A stretch of 64,000 nt of DNA from Candidatus Thalassarchaeaceae archaeon (lineage in GTDB: Archaea; Thermoplasmatota; Poseidoniia; Poseidoniales; Thalassarchaeaceae), in assembly GCA_030747675.1 (NCBI GenBank), contig JASLKH010000035.1:6943-70942 (forward strand), written 5' to 3'. Positions 1-9,622 of this stretch are shown in pieces. Made by a program: the position numbers and the translations under genes. The notes beneath the pieces were generated by a model that saw nothing but the letters and a program-made list of their open reading frames with translations, had not been told where the DNA came from and did no database searches. Position 1 is the first letter of the stretch, and each line of letters opens with the position of its first letter.

Positions 1-183
1 TGACGCCAATTTCTAGGTTGGCGGCGTTTCAATACTGCATCCCGGCCCATCCATGTACCCGAGAAAACAATTGCTTCAGCCCCCCTGTGCAACAAAGAAT
101 CTTCAATCCAAGGCCCCACCATACTGCTCCCCTCAGAGGCGCCGAGAGGAGATGACTTCAAAGCGGTTACACCTGACGGCTAA

Positions 184-1272
184 TTGGCGATATCGATGGC
201 AATTGAGCTACCGAACGTTCCTTTGCCATCAAATCAACTTGTATATTCAAACTGGAGTGATGATGAAATCGAGCAAGAAGCTTTGCGCCTTCAATGCGCA
301 ATTCAACAACATCAAAGATGGCCAATTGAAACATGTCGAAATATTGCGCATTTAACCTTGGAAATTAATAGATTAAAGGAAAAAAATGGTGTGTTCTTAA
401 TCGCCCATTCATATCAAACCCCAGATATCATTTACGGAGTAGCAGACGAAGTGGCTGACTCTTATACACTCTCAAAAGCAGCACGCGATGCGCCACAACA
501 AACCATCCTTTTCTCTAGTGTTCGGTTCATGGCTGAAACTGCAAAAATTGTGAGCCCACACAAAACTGTCCTTCATCCCTCACCGGAAGCAGGTTGTAGT
601 CTTTCAGATGGGATCTCAGCACAAGACGTTAGGGATTTACGAGCACGACATCCTGGCGTCCCGGTTGCTTGTTATATCAACACTACAGCTGCAGTTAAAG
701 CCGAATGTGATGTTAGTGTCACAAGTAGTAATTATCTCCGAATTTGTGAACGTTTACCTGGAAATAAACTCATCTTTGTTCCAGATCGATTCATGGGGGC
801 ACACTTGCAAAAATCTCTTTCCGGGAAAAAGGAAGTTATTGTTTTCGATGGTGAGTGCGAAGTCCATGCAGTGTTTACAGGAAGTAAAGTTCGAGAATGG
901 AAAAACAGAATCGGGGATGAACTTACAGTTTTGGCACATCCGGAATGCAGTGCTGAAGTATTGGAGGAAGCAGATTTTGTTGGTTCTTCGGAAAAATTGA
1001 TCCAAGAAGCAATTCGACTCGGGATTGAAAATAAACCCGATGTGATGTTAATCACAGAATGCGGAACTGCTGAACGCGTGTTAGCAGAAACGAAAGTTGA
1101 ACTCAACTTGTATGGTGCCTGTGTCATGTGTCGTCATATGAAAGCAACTCAATTGGAGGACATTCTGCAAACACTTCAAAATCCAAGAGATAATCAAATT
1201 ATTGAAATTGATTGTGATATCATTGAACGAGCACGAAAAAACCTCGATGAAATGTTTCGATTAGCTGAATGA
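184..1272 (+). CDS. nadA: Quinolinate synthase NadA
   Basis: The 362-aa ORF carries NadA-typical motifs (VRFMAETAKIV, HSYQTPDI, CYINTTAAVKAECDVSVTSSN, CVMCRHM) and is about the expected length. Start is M1 (184) or M5 (196). Confidence 0.8.
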   Translation: MAISMAIELPNVPLPSNQLVYSNWSDDEIEQEALRLQCAIQQHQRWPIETCRNIAHLTLEINRLKEKNGVFLIAHSYQTPDIIYGVADEVADSYTLSKAARDAPQQTILFSSVRFMAETAKIVSPHKTVLHPSPEAGCSLSDGISAQDVRDLRARHPGVPVACYINTTAAVKAECDVSVTSSNYLRICERLPGNKLIFVPDRFMGAHLQKSLSGKKEVIVFDGECEVHAVFTGSKVREWKNRIGDELTVLAHPECSAEVLEEADFVGSSEKLIQEAIRLGIENKPDVMLITECGTAERVLAETKVELNLYGACVMCRHMKATQLEDILQTLQNPRDNQIIEIDCDIIERARKNLDEMFRLAE

Positions 1273-3396
1273 TTATTCTTCCTCTGTATGAGAGGATAAT
1301 ATATGGCCTTCATTTTCAGTTAATCGTTGTCCAATCCACATTACAATAAGCAATGGCGCTAAGAGAACAAAGAATTGTAAAACATTGGATGAATATGGTT
1401 CAAGCACTACCTCTATTGTGAAAATACGAATCTCAGAGTTACCATCATCATCTAATTGCCTCCAAGCGATATGGTCTTCCATAACTTGGGGATCTAATTG
1501 ATCGATGCTGTCGGGTGTATGCAAAGGATATGAGCGATTATCAGCAATGATATGGAAATCAACTTCCCAGTCTAAATAATCTGGATTCGGATCATTTGAT
1601 ATTAGGAACTGCTGCTGCTGCCATGCAATGTGGCCATGTCCAATACTTGGAGAGGCAACAGGGAATACAGGATCACCAAGAATCCGCTGATCTCCGGACA
1701 TAAGATCAACTAGAACTAGACGGTCAACAGCAGTCAAATTGACCAAAGCCACGAGATGGTTTCCCTCCAACGCAATTTTGGTGACTTGTGCATTCTCATA
1801 ATCTACAATTGTATCAGTCATAGATTGAACTTGTTGGTCACGTGGAGTATCTATTTTTGCATCTATTTCAACAGACAAGTATCTCTCTATTCCACTAATT
1901 GTTTGCACGTGGACTACATTCGGTTCATTTGTCTCAACATAAGCCACACTATGCGCATCAGTTGCAATTAATGAAACTGGAGCATTCGGTGGATAGGAAA
2001 GAGGCGTCGCATTTCCCATTCCTCGCGCACGCATCTCAATATCTCCGCCATTCAACATAACCATGTGCGGCCAAGCAGCATCACCGTTTGACAACATAGA
2101 AATGTCATCGAATAACGGGCCAGTCACCCATTGACCTTCCCATTGATTATTACTAATGTTGAAGAATTCCAATTGATATCCATGCCAAATCACAATGTGC
2201 GATTCTCCAATTAAAATTTCTACAGGATAGTTGCCCCAAGTTGTAACAAGACCAATGTTGCTTTGATAGGACTCTTCAGCAGAAAGATTCCACATAGTAA
2301 CAGAGATATTACCTTCATCTATGGACTCGTAACTAGCCAACCAACCATCTGCTCCAGTTGCTGCACTCGGTTCAGAAATTCCTTCAGCAGAGAAATGTTG
2401 GTGAGTTGTGTCCCAAAGCAATACACCTGCAGTGCTCGCAGTTAGCAACATAATGGCAACCCCAGTTTGTCGACTCCCTGGTACTTTCAGCCAAGTCCAA
2501 ACACGGCTCAAAATTACTTTGGCTTCAATAAATGGTCTCCGCCAATCTGCCAAAAACCAAGACAATCTATGGGTGAATAAGCGTTCATCTAATCCCCTCC
2601 AAATAGTTGGGGCGATATATTCTGCAACATGAACTGCAGCGGCTCCAACAAGTAAACCTCCAATAATATCGCTAACCCAATGTATTCCAAGATATAAAAT
2701 TGTAAATGCTGTGAGAATGATGTATGACACCAAAAACTGGCGCCATGTTTTCCATCTTCCATCTAAATCATTTCGGGCATAGCAATACCATATTGCAAAA
2801 GGCATCCCAATATGCAAACTAGGCATTCCATTTGTGAATGGGTCGATACGGGTGAACCAAGTCTGAATCTCAGGAGTTAAATTGTAACCTAATGTTTGCA
2901 TACCAGGGATATAATCTCCTGTAACTCTTACATTGAAAAATAAGTAAAATGGTAACGCTAACATGTAAACCATCAATATTGTTAGAGTAAGTCGATCAGC
3001 CATATGGCGATCATCAAAATAACAAGTATACACAAATGCAGAAAACATAATCATCATATATCCTGCAATATAGAAATGAGTTAAGATGAAAGTGAGAATT
3101 TTGTTTTCAAATTCCTTCTGGATTTGTAATACAATGTCGCCTTCGATAGCATAGATGTATGCGGTCATATCTAAACGAGTATTTGCCATAATTATACGAT
3201 CGATACCATCGAAGATATCTTTCCAGATATAGATTGAAAATACAATGATTGCATGCATCCAATAACGACGGAACATATCTAAAAATCCAGATACTGTAAT
3301 TCGAGACCAAGATGGTTTCAGAATATACATTAAAGCTACAGAAGTGACAATTGCTCCAGTCACCCATGTGACGTAAATTCCAGTTCCTCCCGCCAC
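1273..3396 (-). CDS. Membrane protein with a PAP2-like N-terminal TM domain, a large extracytoplasmic domain and a C-terminal TM anchor
   Basis: The 707-aa ORF uses a GTG start with GGTGAT 3 nt upstream. The N-terminal 270 aa are polytopic with PAP2-like motifs (SLHIGMPF, HWVSDIIGG). A hydrophobic helix (LLAPLLIVMWIG) follows, then a short tail ending HTEEE. Confidence 0.5.
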   Translation of the reverse strand: MAGGTGIYVTWVTGAIVTSVALMYILKPSWSRITVSGFLDMFRRYWMHAIIVFSIYIWKDIFDGIDRIIMANTRLDMTAYIYAIEGDIVLQIQKEFENKILTFILTHFYIAGYMMIMFSAFVYTCYFDDRHMADRLTLTILMVYMLALPFYLFFNVRVTGDYIPGMQTLGYNLTPEIQTWFTRIDPFTNGMPSLHIGMPFAIWYCYARNDLDGRWKTWRQFLVSYIILTAFTILYLGIHWVSDIIGGLLVGAAAVHVAEYIAPTIWRGLDERLFTHRLSWFLADWRRPFIEAKVILSRVWTWLKVPGSRQTGVAIMLLTASTAGVLLWDTTHQHFSAEGISEPSAATGADGWLASYESIDEGNISVTMWNLSAEESYQSNIGLVTTWGNYPVEILIGESHIVIWHGYQLEFFNISNNQWEGQWVTGPLFDDISMLSNGDAAWPHMVMLNGGDIEMRARGMGNATPLSYPPNAPVSLIATDAHSVAYVETNEPNVVHVQTISGIERYLSVEIDAKIDTPRDQQVQSMTDTIVDYENAQVTKIALEGNHLVALVNLTAVDRLVLVDLMSGDQRILGDPVFPVASPSIGHGHIAWQQQQFLISNDPNPDYLDWEVDFHIIADNRSYPLHTPDSIDQLDPQVMEDHIAWRQLDDDGNSEIRIFTIEVVLEPYSSNVLQFFVLLAPLLIVMWIGQRLTENEGHILSSHTEEE

Positions 3397-3449
3397 AATA
3401 TCACCGCTTTGTTAGGTTTAACCGCGTTCAGGTCAAGAGCGTTGCCACG

Positions 3450-4538
3450 TCAGAGGATAGTTGGAGCACTATCCTTAGAATTATCAAGTTCAGCCATCAA
3501 ATTCTGAACAACCCTATCAAATGCCAAAGCAACATCACTTTCTGGGTCAGCTACAATCCTATGAACTCCATCATCCCCACCTCGAACAACACCTGGGTCG
3601 AATGGTAATGACCCAAGGAAGGGGACTCCCATCTCTAGAGCCGATGCCTCTCCACCTCCTTTTTTGAAAACTTCAAGGCTGACCGACCAATTTCCATTTT
3701 CATCTGATGTAGTTTCTATTGGAACTCCACGTGGCCCCATTACTGAAATTTCAGAATTAGGTTTCGTCATACCTCTAAGGGTGTATCCAGACATATTCTC
3801 AATGACTCCCAATACTGGAATTTTAACCGTTTTAGAGAAATTAATCGATTTGCGGCTATCTAAAAGTGCGACTTCTTGAGGAGTAGTCACAATTACCATA
3901 CCATCGATATTTGGAAGAGATTGCGCTACAGTCAATGGCTCGTCACTAGTCCCTGGGGGAAAATCAATAATGAGGGCATCCAATTTACCCCATGCAACAT
4001 CTCCGATGAATTGTTGAATTGCACCTAACTTGATTGGACCACGCCAAATTACAGGCTTATCTGGATCTTCCAACAAAAATGCCATCGATATGACTTTGAC
4101 ACCATGAGGTCCTTCAGCAGGGTGTATTTGACTATCTTCAACATGTAAATCAATTTGACCAATGCCAAGCATCTTTGGAATATTGGGTCCTGTGATGTCA
4201 ATATCCAATATCCCTACTTTCTTGCCTTGACGGGCCAAACTCAGTGCCAACCCTGTGGCAACTGTTGATTTCCCTACTCCGCCTTTTCCAGATAAAACCA
4301 TAATTTTGTGACCTATGTCTTCCGCTAATCTTGTCATGCGAAGTTTACGTCGCATTTGCGCATAGGCTTGCTCCATCTGTGCTTTTTGATCTTCTGTAAC
4401 AGGGGCTTCAACGGCATCATTTGGTGATTCTTCATCTGGCTGATGGTGCGATATTGGGCCAGACATCGTGCTCTCTCCGGAATCGCCGTGTAGTATTCCA
4501 TACTTCAAGTCGTGGCTGTGAGATTTATTCTTCTTCAT
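3450..4538 (-). CDS. mrp: Mrp/NBP35/ApbC-family Fe-S cluster carrier P-loop ATPase
   Basis: It has a deviant Walker A (SGKGGVGKST) and ParA/Mrp core motifs (DIDITGPN, DALIIDFPPGTSD, VIVTTPQEV). The ORF track start is 4613. I moved the start to the ATG at 4538 (4469 also possible) to reduce overlap with the upstream gene. The N-terminal extension is His-rich. Confidence 0.75.
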   Translation of the reverse strand: MKKNKSHSHDLKYGILHGDSGESTMSGPISHHQPDEESPNDAVEAPVTEDQKAQMEQAYAQMRRKLRMTRLAEDIGHKIMVLSGKGGVGKSTVATGLALSLARQGKKVGILDIDITGPNIPKMLGIGQIDLHVEDSQIHPAEGPHGVKVISMAFLLEDPDKPVIWRGPIKLGAIQQFIGDVAWGKLDALIIDFPPGTSDEPLTVAQSLPNIDGMVIVTTPQEVALLDSRKSINFSKTVKIPVLGVIENMSGYTLRGMTKPNSEISVMGPRGVPIETTSDENGNWSVSLEVFKKGGGEASALEMGVPFLGSLPFDPGVVRGGDDGVHRIVADPESDVALAFDRVVQNLMAELDNSKDSAPTIL

Positions 4539-4995
4539 GATGGGGATGGTATACTCTTCCTCCCCAAACAATGCTCCTATTGACTGGTTCTGGCAACAAA
4601 ACGGGATAGACAAACATCGAGAAAAGTGGGCTAAACAATGCAGCTATCCACATTGATTGAGTATGAACTTGTCCATTTAATCCCCATAGCCAAGAATATG
4701 TCAACAAATATCCAATTAGACTCGATATATACCATGCACTTATCCCTTGCTTGTCTAAATAACGAATGCCGCCACACCAGGCCACCCAAATCGGGAAAGT
4801 AAATACCATGATTCCTGTGGCATATGAAATTATAATTGCAGACGAATCCCATCCAATCATATGAAGAACAATATGGGCAATAAACCCAATTGAAAATATC
4901 GTTAATGATACGATGAGGCCGCGTGATGCTGAACCCTCTTCCATCAGACCCATTGATTGCGAGTGTACCACTTTGCTCAAGAGTGCAGCGGTCAT
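4525..4995 (-). CDS. Hypothetical integral membrane protein
   Basis: The protein has multiple hydrophobic helices. I trimmed the start from 5169 to the ATG at 4995 so that it does not run through the divergent arsC-like gene. The C-terminus is YHPHHEEE. Confidence 0.4.
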   Translation of the reverse strand: MTAALLSKVVHSQSMGLMEEGSASRGLIVSLTIFSIGFIAHIVLHMIGWDSSAIIISYATGIMVFTFPIWVAWCGGIRYLDKQGISAWYISSLIGYLLTYSWLWGLNGQVHTQSMWIAALFSPLFSMFVYPVLLPEPVNRSIVWGGRVYHPHHEEE

Positions 4996-5045
4996 TATAT
5001 ATTCAATACATAGGTTTTGAAAGTAGTTGATATTGCCGAAAACAT

Positions 5046-5429
5046 ATGCGAATTCTGTTTGTTTGTGTTGGTAATTCTTGCCGAAGTCAAATAGCAGAGG
5101 GATGGGGCCGCCATTTCGGACTTGAGGTTGCAAGTGCTGGCACGAATCCAGCAAAAAAAGTCGCACCAAAAAGTGTAATTGTCATGGAAGAAGTTGGTAT
5201 TGATATTTCACAACAATCTCCTTCGGTGATTGACAATTACAAAGAAAATGAATTTGATTTTATAATCAGTATGGGCTGTGGAGTTTCATGTCCATCAATC
5301 AGGATTGATGTGGACTGGGAATTAGAAGACCCCATTGGACAATCCCTCGATGTTTATCGCACCACTAGAGATATCATTGAACAAAATGTTCGCACCTTAT
5401 TGGAAACGGAGACACGCACCGACGCTTAG
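5046..5429 (+). CDS. Low-molecular-weight phosphotyrosine phosphatase / thioredoxin-type arsenate reductase (ArsC) family protein
   Basis: The N-terminal CX5R P-loop (ILFVCVGNSCRSQIAEGW) is diagnostic of the LMW-PTP/ArsC fold. The protein is 127 aa. Confidence 0.65.
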   Translation: MRILFVCVGNSCRSQIAEGWGRHFGLEVASAGTNPAKKVAPKSVIVMEEVGIDISQQSPSVIDNYKENEFDFIISMGCGVSCPSIRIDVDWELEDPIGQSLDVYRTTRDIIEQNVRTLLETETRTDA

Positions 5430-5458
5430 AAAAAGGGATGGCTAATGGCCGAGATACT

Positions 5459-5530
5459 GCGAGCGTAGTGTAGCGGTTATCACCGGGCGTTGCCAACGCC
5501 TGAACCCGGATTCAAATTCCGGCGCTCGCA
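5459..5530 (+). tRNA. tRNA-Gly (anticodon GCC)
   Basis: I folded the cloverleaf by hand. The acceptor stem is a perfect 7 bp (GCGAGCG/CGCTCGC). The anticodon stem is 5 bp with loop TTGCCAA (U33, GCC, A37). The T-arm is CCGGA-TTCAAAT-TCCGG, the discriminator is A, and CCA is encoded at 5531-5533. Confidence 0.8.
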
Positions 5531-5533
5531 CCA

Positions 5534-8500
5534 TTATTCTCCATTACTCAATTGCTCAGAATATTTCTCTGCATGTGCCCGAGCTACATCTTCTGAGTAT
5601 CCTTGAAGCACCAATTTCTGGACATATGCTTCTTTGGGATCCAAGGTTACTGATCCCATCATTTGTTCCAAGTCACCTTTTCTCATTGCTGTAAAAATAC
5701 CAATTCCTGCTAATACTGTAATCAACAAAATCACTCCCAAAATAAACCACCATTGACTAGCACCTTCAAACAATTTCTCCCCACCACCAGAATTTGTTTC
5801 AGGTGCGTTTATTGTAACTGAAAATGCTCTTTCCTCTACTGGTGTTTGGGCTAATTGAGCATCAATTCCTCTAATCTCAAATGAAACTACACCTGTTGGG
5901 ACTCCAGAACGGACCTCAACTTGTACTGAATAAATACCATCTCCTGCCACCAAATCTACTCCGGCACCATCATCACGCATTGGTTGCCATGATTCACTTT
6001 GACCGGCAGGAGCAATAACTGATAATTTGGCTTGAACTATACTAATAGAATCGCCATCAGTTACCTTCGCTGTAAGAGTGTATACATTTGCACCCTCATT
6101 AGGTGATTCCAAAGAATTGACTACACTTTGGTCGTCCCAGAAAGTGACATTAGAAATCGAAGGGCCCTCATTAAGAAGGTGAACGGGAGGCATTTCTTCG
6201 ATATTATAAGGCCCAGTTGCAGTGTTATCTCCAGATTGAATTAACGTAAGCATCGTCGTAGTACCTTGCCCCCCCAATTCATCTTCAACCCTGACAGGTA
6301 GAATCTGATCACCACTAGGGATATTCAACGGCATTTTTATTTCTCCGGTCCAACTTTCCCCATTTTTTGTTAACAATGTTAAACCACCACCCCATTGTGT
6401 TGTATCAACCCCTACACTAGCTACACCTGATGAATCAATAACTGTCATGGTCACGGTTGTATTTTCACCACGATGCAGCGTGTTTGGCGAATAGGACATT
6501 TCAGTGACCCTTGGAACGCGATTCAAAAGTTGAATCGTTTGTGTTTCTTCAACAGAAGCAAAATCATCGACTGCTAAGACATCTACAGACACAAACCCTT
6601 CAATTACCCCTGGATAAACTATTTCAGTTGTGAATATATCATCATGTATTGCATAATCACCATTCAATCCACGATCATTCAATGTGACAATCCCAAGATT
6701 AATTCCAGACATATCTACTGACACACTACGCACATTCCAATCAGGGTCATCAACCTCAACTTCAAGGTGGCCTATCATGCCATTTTCATTGACCAAACTA
6801 CCTTCTCTAAAAGCCACACTAACAATCTCTGGAGCCGAGTTTTCACCTGATGTGATTATCGACGGAGAAAGCACCCTTTCAAGTGATTGTGATTCAGATA
6901 ATGTTACTGATTCGCCTTCGCCTTCTAGTGGAACTGATACTTGCCGTGATACTTCAGCAATTAATCCAGCGAGAATGCCTTCGCTAACAACTGCTCCTGA
7001 GGCAGTGCCATTCAAATCATAATTTCCCAACCAATGAGTTACTGGAATTGAATGGCCATCCCTATTTACAGTCCCGGTATGTGTAGCAGTAACAGTTAGG
7101 TGCATAAACTCAGAATCAAGCAAAGATACCGTATCGCCTACTTTCATTTGTGATGGGGAAAAACCTGTTTCCCTGGTAATATCTACATCACCAATCGCAC
7201 TATCTGGCTCAGGGACGTCCATCTCATTCATGATTGGGCTTTCCTCAGGGTATTCGTCACCAGTAGAGGTTTCACCACCCTCATTAGAATCCCATCGCAA
7301 GCGAACCGTACGATTATCCCAATGATTTTGAGGGACTTCATATTCCCATGTATTATTGTGAACCGCCTCCATTTCAAATATATTTGAACCACCACCTGTA
7401 AGGTTGACCCAAGACTCCTGGTGGATTACATTTACCTGAAACATTTGACCTGTAGCATTCGATTGGGGACCAGATTGAACAATATCTCGAACTACCCCGA
7501 AATTTCCATCAATATCTCCTGAAAAAGTTCCATCAATATGAAGTTGATCAGCCGTCTTCATTCCATTAATTGATTCTTGGAAAATATTGTGCACCGTTCC
7601 ATTTACCACCATCGAACTATTTTCTTCTGAATCTGAAAAATCAAACGTCCCATCTGCCTTCAGCACATTTTCTGAAGAAGTAAATTGCCCATTGTCCCAG
7701 CGTTCACGCTGAATTAATTGCTGAACATCTAATTCTAAGTGTGCATCGTCGGAATGGATAACCATGTCCGCTGTAGCCTCTATTTCTGTATTGGATAATA
7801 TCCTCTGGCCATCGATATCATGAGTTTCAATCAAAAACAAGGCTAAGTCCCCATCTGCTTCCATGAACTCTCCACCTCCAGATTCCTCCAAAGATAGATT
7901 ACCGCTTGCCTCTATTCGCAATTTTTCTTCAACTACTCCTTCTACCCAATTTCTTACAATATGTGAATTCACAACTTGGCCATATACATCAATATCCATT
8001 CCATCATCCGAAGTGTGCATCTCAAGTGTTCCATTTCCATACATTTCAAACACTTGAGATTGTAATTCTACTCCGACTGTTGATTCATTCAACCAAACTG
8101 TACTCAACCAAAGAACAATACTAATCGTGCCGCCATCAATTGATTCATTAATTTCTAAAGTACCTGTACCTAATTCATTAGATTCTAGACTTTCACCGAC
8201 GCGGCTTTGCCAACCCTGGCCAATGAAGTTTAGAGTATATGACTCCGATGCTGTTGCATTAATTGCTTCATGTGTCATTTGAATTAGAGTAGTTCGAGTG
8301 ATTTCATGATCCGAAAGTGGTTCATTCCAAATTGTAACGACAATCATTCGATTGCCGATTTCCGCATCATCATATAAAACAACAATTTCTACTTCATCTT
8401 TCCAATTAATTTCTGAATTTAACATTATACGTAATTCTGTGTTGTTACCTCCAGTCCAATTGAATTGCCATAACCCAACTAATTCTCCACTAGCATTATG

Positions 8501-8740
8501 ATGGTTCACACTCACATTGAGCTTCTCCAAATTGGCAAAATCAACTGATTCACTCAAAACAATTCGATAAGCATGAGTGGTGTTCCCTGACCCATCATCG
8601 ACCCAATCAGTGAGGATTTCTGCAGTAAGTGATTCAGAGGCAGGATCTGCTAAAATTATTGGGGATAAGGATACAATTGACAAAAGTAATACTCCCGCTA
8701 TGCAACGAAGGTTCGGAGAATTGGATTGCATTGTGTACAC
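5534..8740 (-). CDS. Giant secreted surface protein (1068 aa) with an N-terminal signal peptide and a C-terminal TM anchor
   Basis: The N-terminus is a hydrophobic signal (CIAGVLLLSIVSLSPIILA). The body is long, acidic and Thr/Ser/Asn/Gly-rich, as expected for beta-rich adhesin-like domains. The C-terminal helix (WWFILGVILLITVLAGIGIF) is followed by a cytoplasmic tail. Confidence 0.6.
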   Translation of the reverse strand: MYTMQSNSPNLRCIAGVLLLSIVSLSPIILADPASESLTAEILTDWVDDGSGNTTHAYRIVLSESVDFANLEKLNVSVNHHNASGELVGLWQFNWTGGNNTELRIMLNSEINWKDEVEIVVLYDDAEIGNRMIVVTIWNEPLSDHEITRTTLIQMTHEAINATASESYTLNFIGQGWQSRVGESLESNELGTGTLEINESIDGGTISIVLWLSTVWLNESTVGVELQSQVFEMYGNGTLEMHTSDDGMDIDVYGQVVNSHIVRNWVEGVVEEKLRIEASGNLSLEESGGGEFMEADGDLALFLIETHDIDGQRILSNTEIEATADMVIHSDDAHLELDVQQLIQRERWDNGQFTSSENVLKADGTFDFSDSEENSSMVVNGTVHNIFQESINGMKTADQLHIDGTFSGDIDGNFGVVRDIVQSGPQSNATGQMFQVNVIHQESWVNLTGGGSNIFEMEAVHNNTWEYEVPQNHWDNRTVRLRWDSNEGGETSTGDEYPEESPIMNEMDVPEPDSAIGDVDITRETGFSPSQMKVGDTVSLLDSEFMHLTVTATHTGTVNRDGHSIPVTHWLGNYDLNGTASGAVVSEGILAGLIAEVSRQVSVPLEGEGESVTLSESQSLERVLSPSIITSGENSAPEIVSVAFREGSLVNENGMIGHLEVEVDDPDWNVRSVSVDMSGINLGIVTLNDRGLNGDYAIHDDIFTTEIVYPGVIEGFVSVDVLAVDDFASVEETQTIQLLNRVPRVTEMSYSPNTLHRGENTTVTMTVIDSSGVASVGVDTTQWGGGLTLLTKNGESWTGEIKMPLNIPSGDQILPVRVEDELGGQGTTTMLTLIQSGDNTATGPYNIEEMPPVHLLNEGPSISNVTFWDDQSVVNSLESPNEGANVYTLTAKVTDGDSISIVQAKLSVIAPAGQSESWQPMRDDGAGVDLVAGDGIYSVQVEVRSGVPTGVVSFEIRGIDAQLAQTPVEERAFSVTINAPETNSGGGEKLFEGASQWWFILGVILLITVLAGIGIFTAMRKGDLEQMMGSVTLDPKEAYVQKLVLQGYSEDVARAHAEKYSEQLSNGE

Positions 8741-8842
8741 CTTCCTTCACTAATTGTGCTGAGGACCTAATTGAATCAATTGGATATTTGTTTATTCATT
8801 TCAAGAGTTTTTCTCCAATAATTAGGGCCGATTGAGATATAA

Positions 8843-9064
8843 TTAAGCGTAAAACATCCTTAACGCTTGAATGCTGCCAGCAATAATCAAAACAAAATAC
8901 CAAAATAAAGTGAAATAATAAGATTTAGGATGTTCCTCTTTTGTTACCCAACCTTTACCGCGAAGATGAGTCCCCCCCTGTGACACACAGTACGCTATAT
9001 AGAACAAACAAAAAATCGCAACAAGAGCAGATATTGCCGCTAACAATTCATTGCGCAGAGCCAT
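8843..9064 (-). CDS. Small membrane protein (2 TM)
   Basis: The 73-aa ORF has two hydrophobic segments and no similarity I recognise. Confidence 0.3.
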   Translation of the reverse strand: MALRNELLAAISALVAIFCLFYIAYCVSQGGTHLRGKGWVTKEEHPKSYYFTLFWYFVLIIAGSIQALRMFYA

Positions 9065-9075
9065 GAGAAAAAACC

Positions 9076-9474
9076 TCAGAAGAGTGGTTCTTCATAATCA
9101 TCATCTGAAAGAGTTCGCCATAGTCCATCGGGTACATCATCATAGATACCAGCGTATGGATCATCTTCAACGAGTACCTTCTTTGAAGATTTGATGTTCG
9201 TCAATGCTTCAGGCTTAAACTTCCAATAATGTATTCGCCATTCACGGCCATCCCAAAGGGTGGTTTCCTCGGATTCTGTTGTCAATAAATCGTAATCTTG
9301 GAACATGTAAAACAAGTTTCTGTCCGTAGGTTCAAGCGCATTGTCAATAATGCGATCATAGAATCCAAAAAAGCCGAGAGCATGTTCCGCCATACCTTCT
9401 GCTGTAACCTTGTCCATATCTGGATCAATATGAGTTTGAATTGCTGATGTTAATTGTGCTAAGGACATTCCCAT
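9076..9474 (-). CDS. Hypothetical acidic protein
   Basis: The ORF is about 133 aa and the sequence is protein-like. The track start at 9483 is GTG. I prefer the ATG three codons in (MGMSLAQ...). Confidence 0.35.
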   Translation of the reverse strand: MGMSLAQLTSAIQTHIDPDMDKVTAEGMAEHALGFFGFYDRIIDNALEPTDRNLFYMFQDYDLLTTESEETTLWDGREWRIHYWKFKPEALTNIKSSKKVLVEDDPYAGIYDDVPDGLWRTLSDDDYEEPLF

Positions 9475-9622
9475 ATTTGTCACCCCGGGCGGCCCACATG
9501 CCGCGCGATATGGTACATGTCTGCTACCGGTGCTATATCAACAATTGGCGAGTTCCGCCCCTAAAGGGGCGTCTACTCCTTCATTCGGCACGATTAAACG
9601 AGCGTTTGTTTGCCCCCCTTTT

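Noticed and set aside
53-355. 100-aa ORF overlapping the nadA start in another frame
   Set aside because: The product is low-complexity and basic and is not protein-like. nadA homology begins at 184 in a different frame, so this is probably an upstream-region artefact.
608-1127. Antisense and shadow ORFs inside nadA (608..1000, 732..1127, 754..1005) and similar ones inside other large genes (for example 6684..7022, 21410..21943, 23361..23744, 46526..47044, 47075..47410, 52423..53010)
   Set aside because: They lie entirely within strongly supported genes on the other strand or frame and have atypical composition. They are shadow ORFs.
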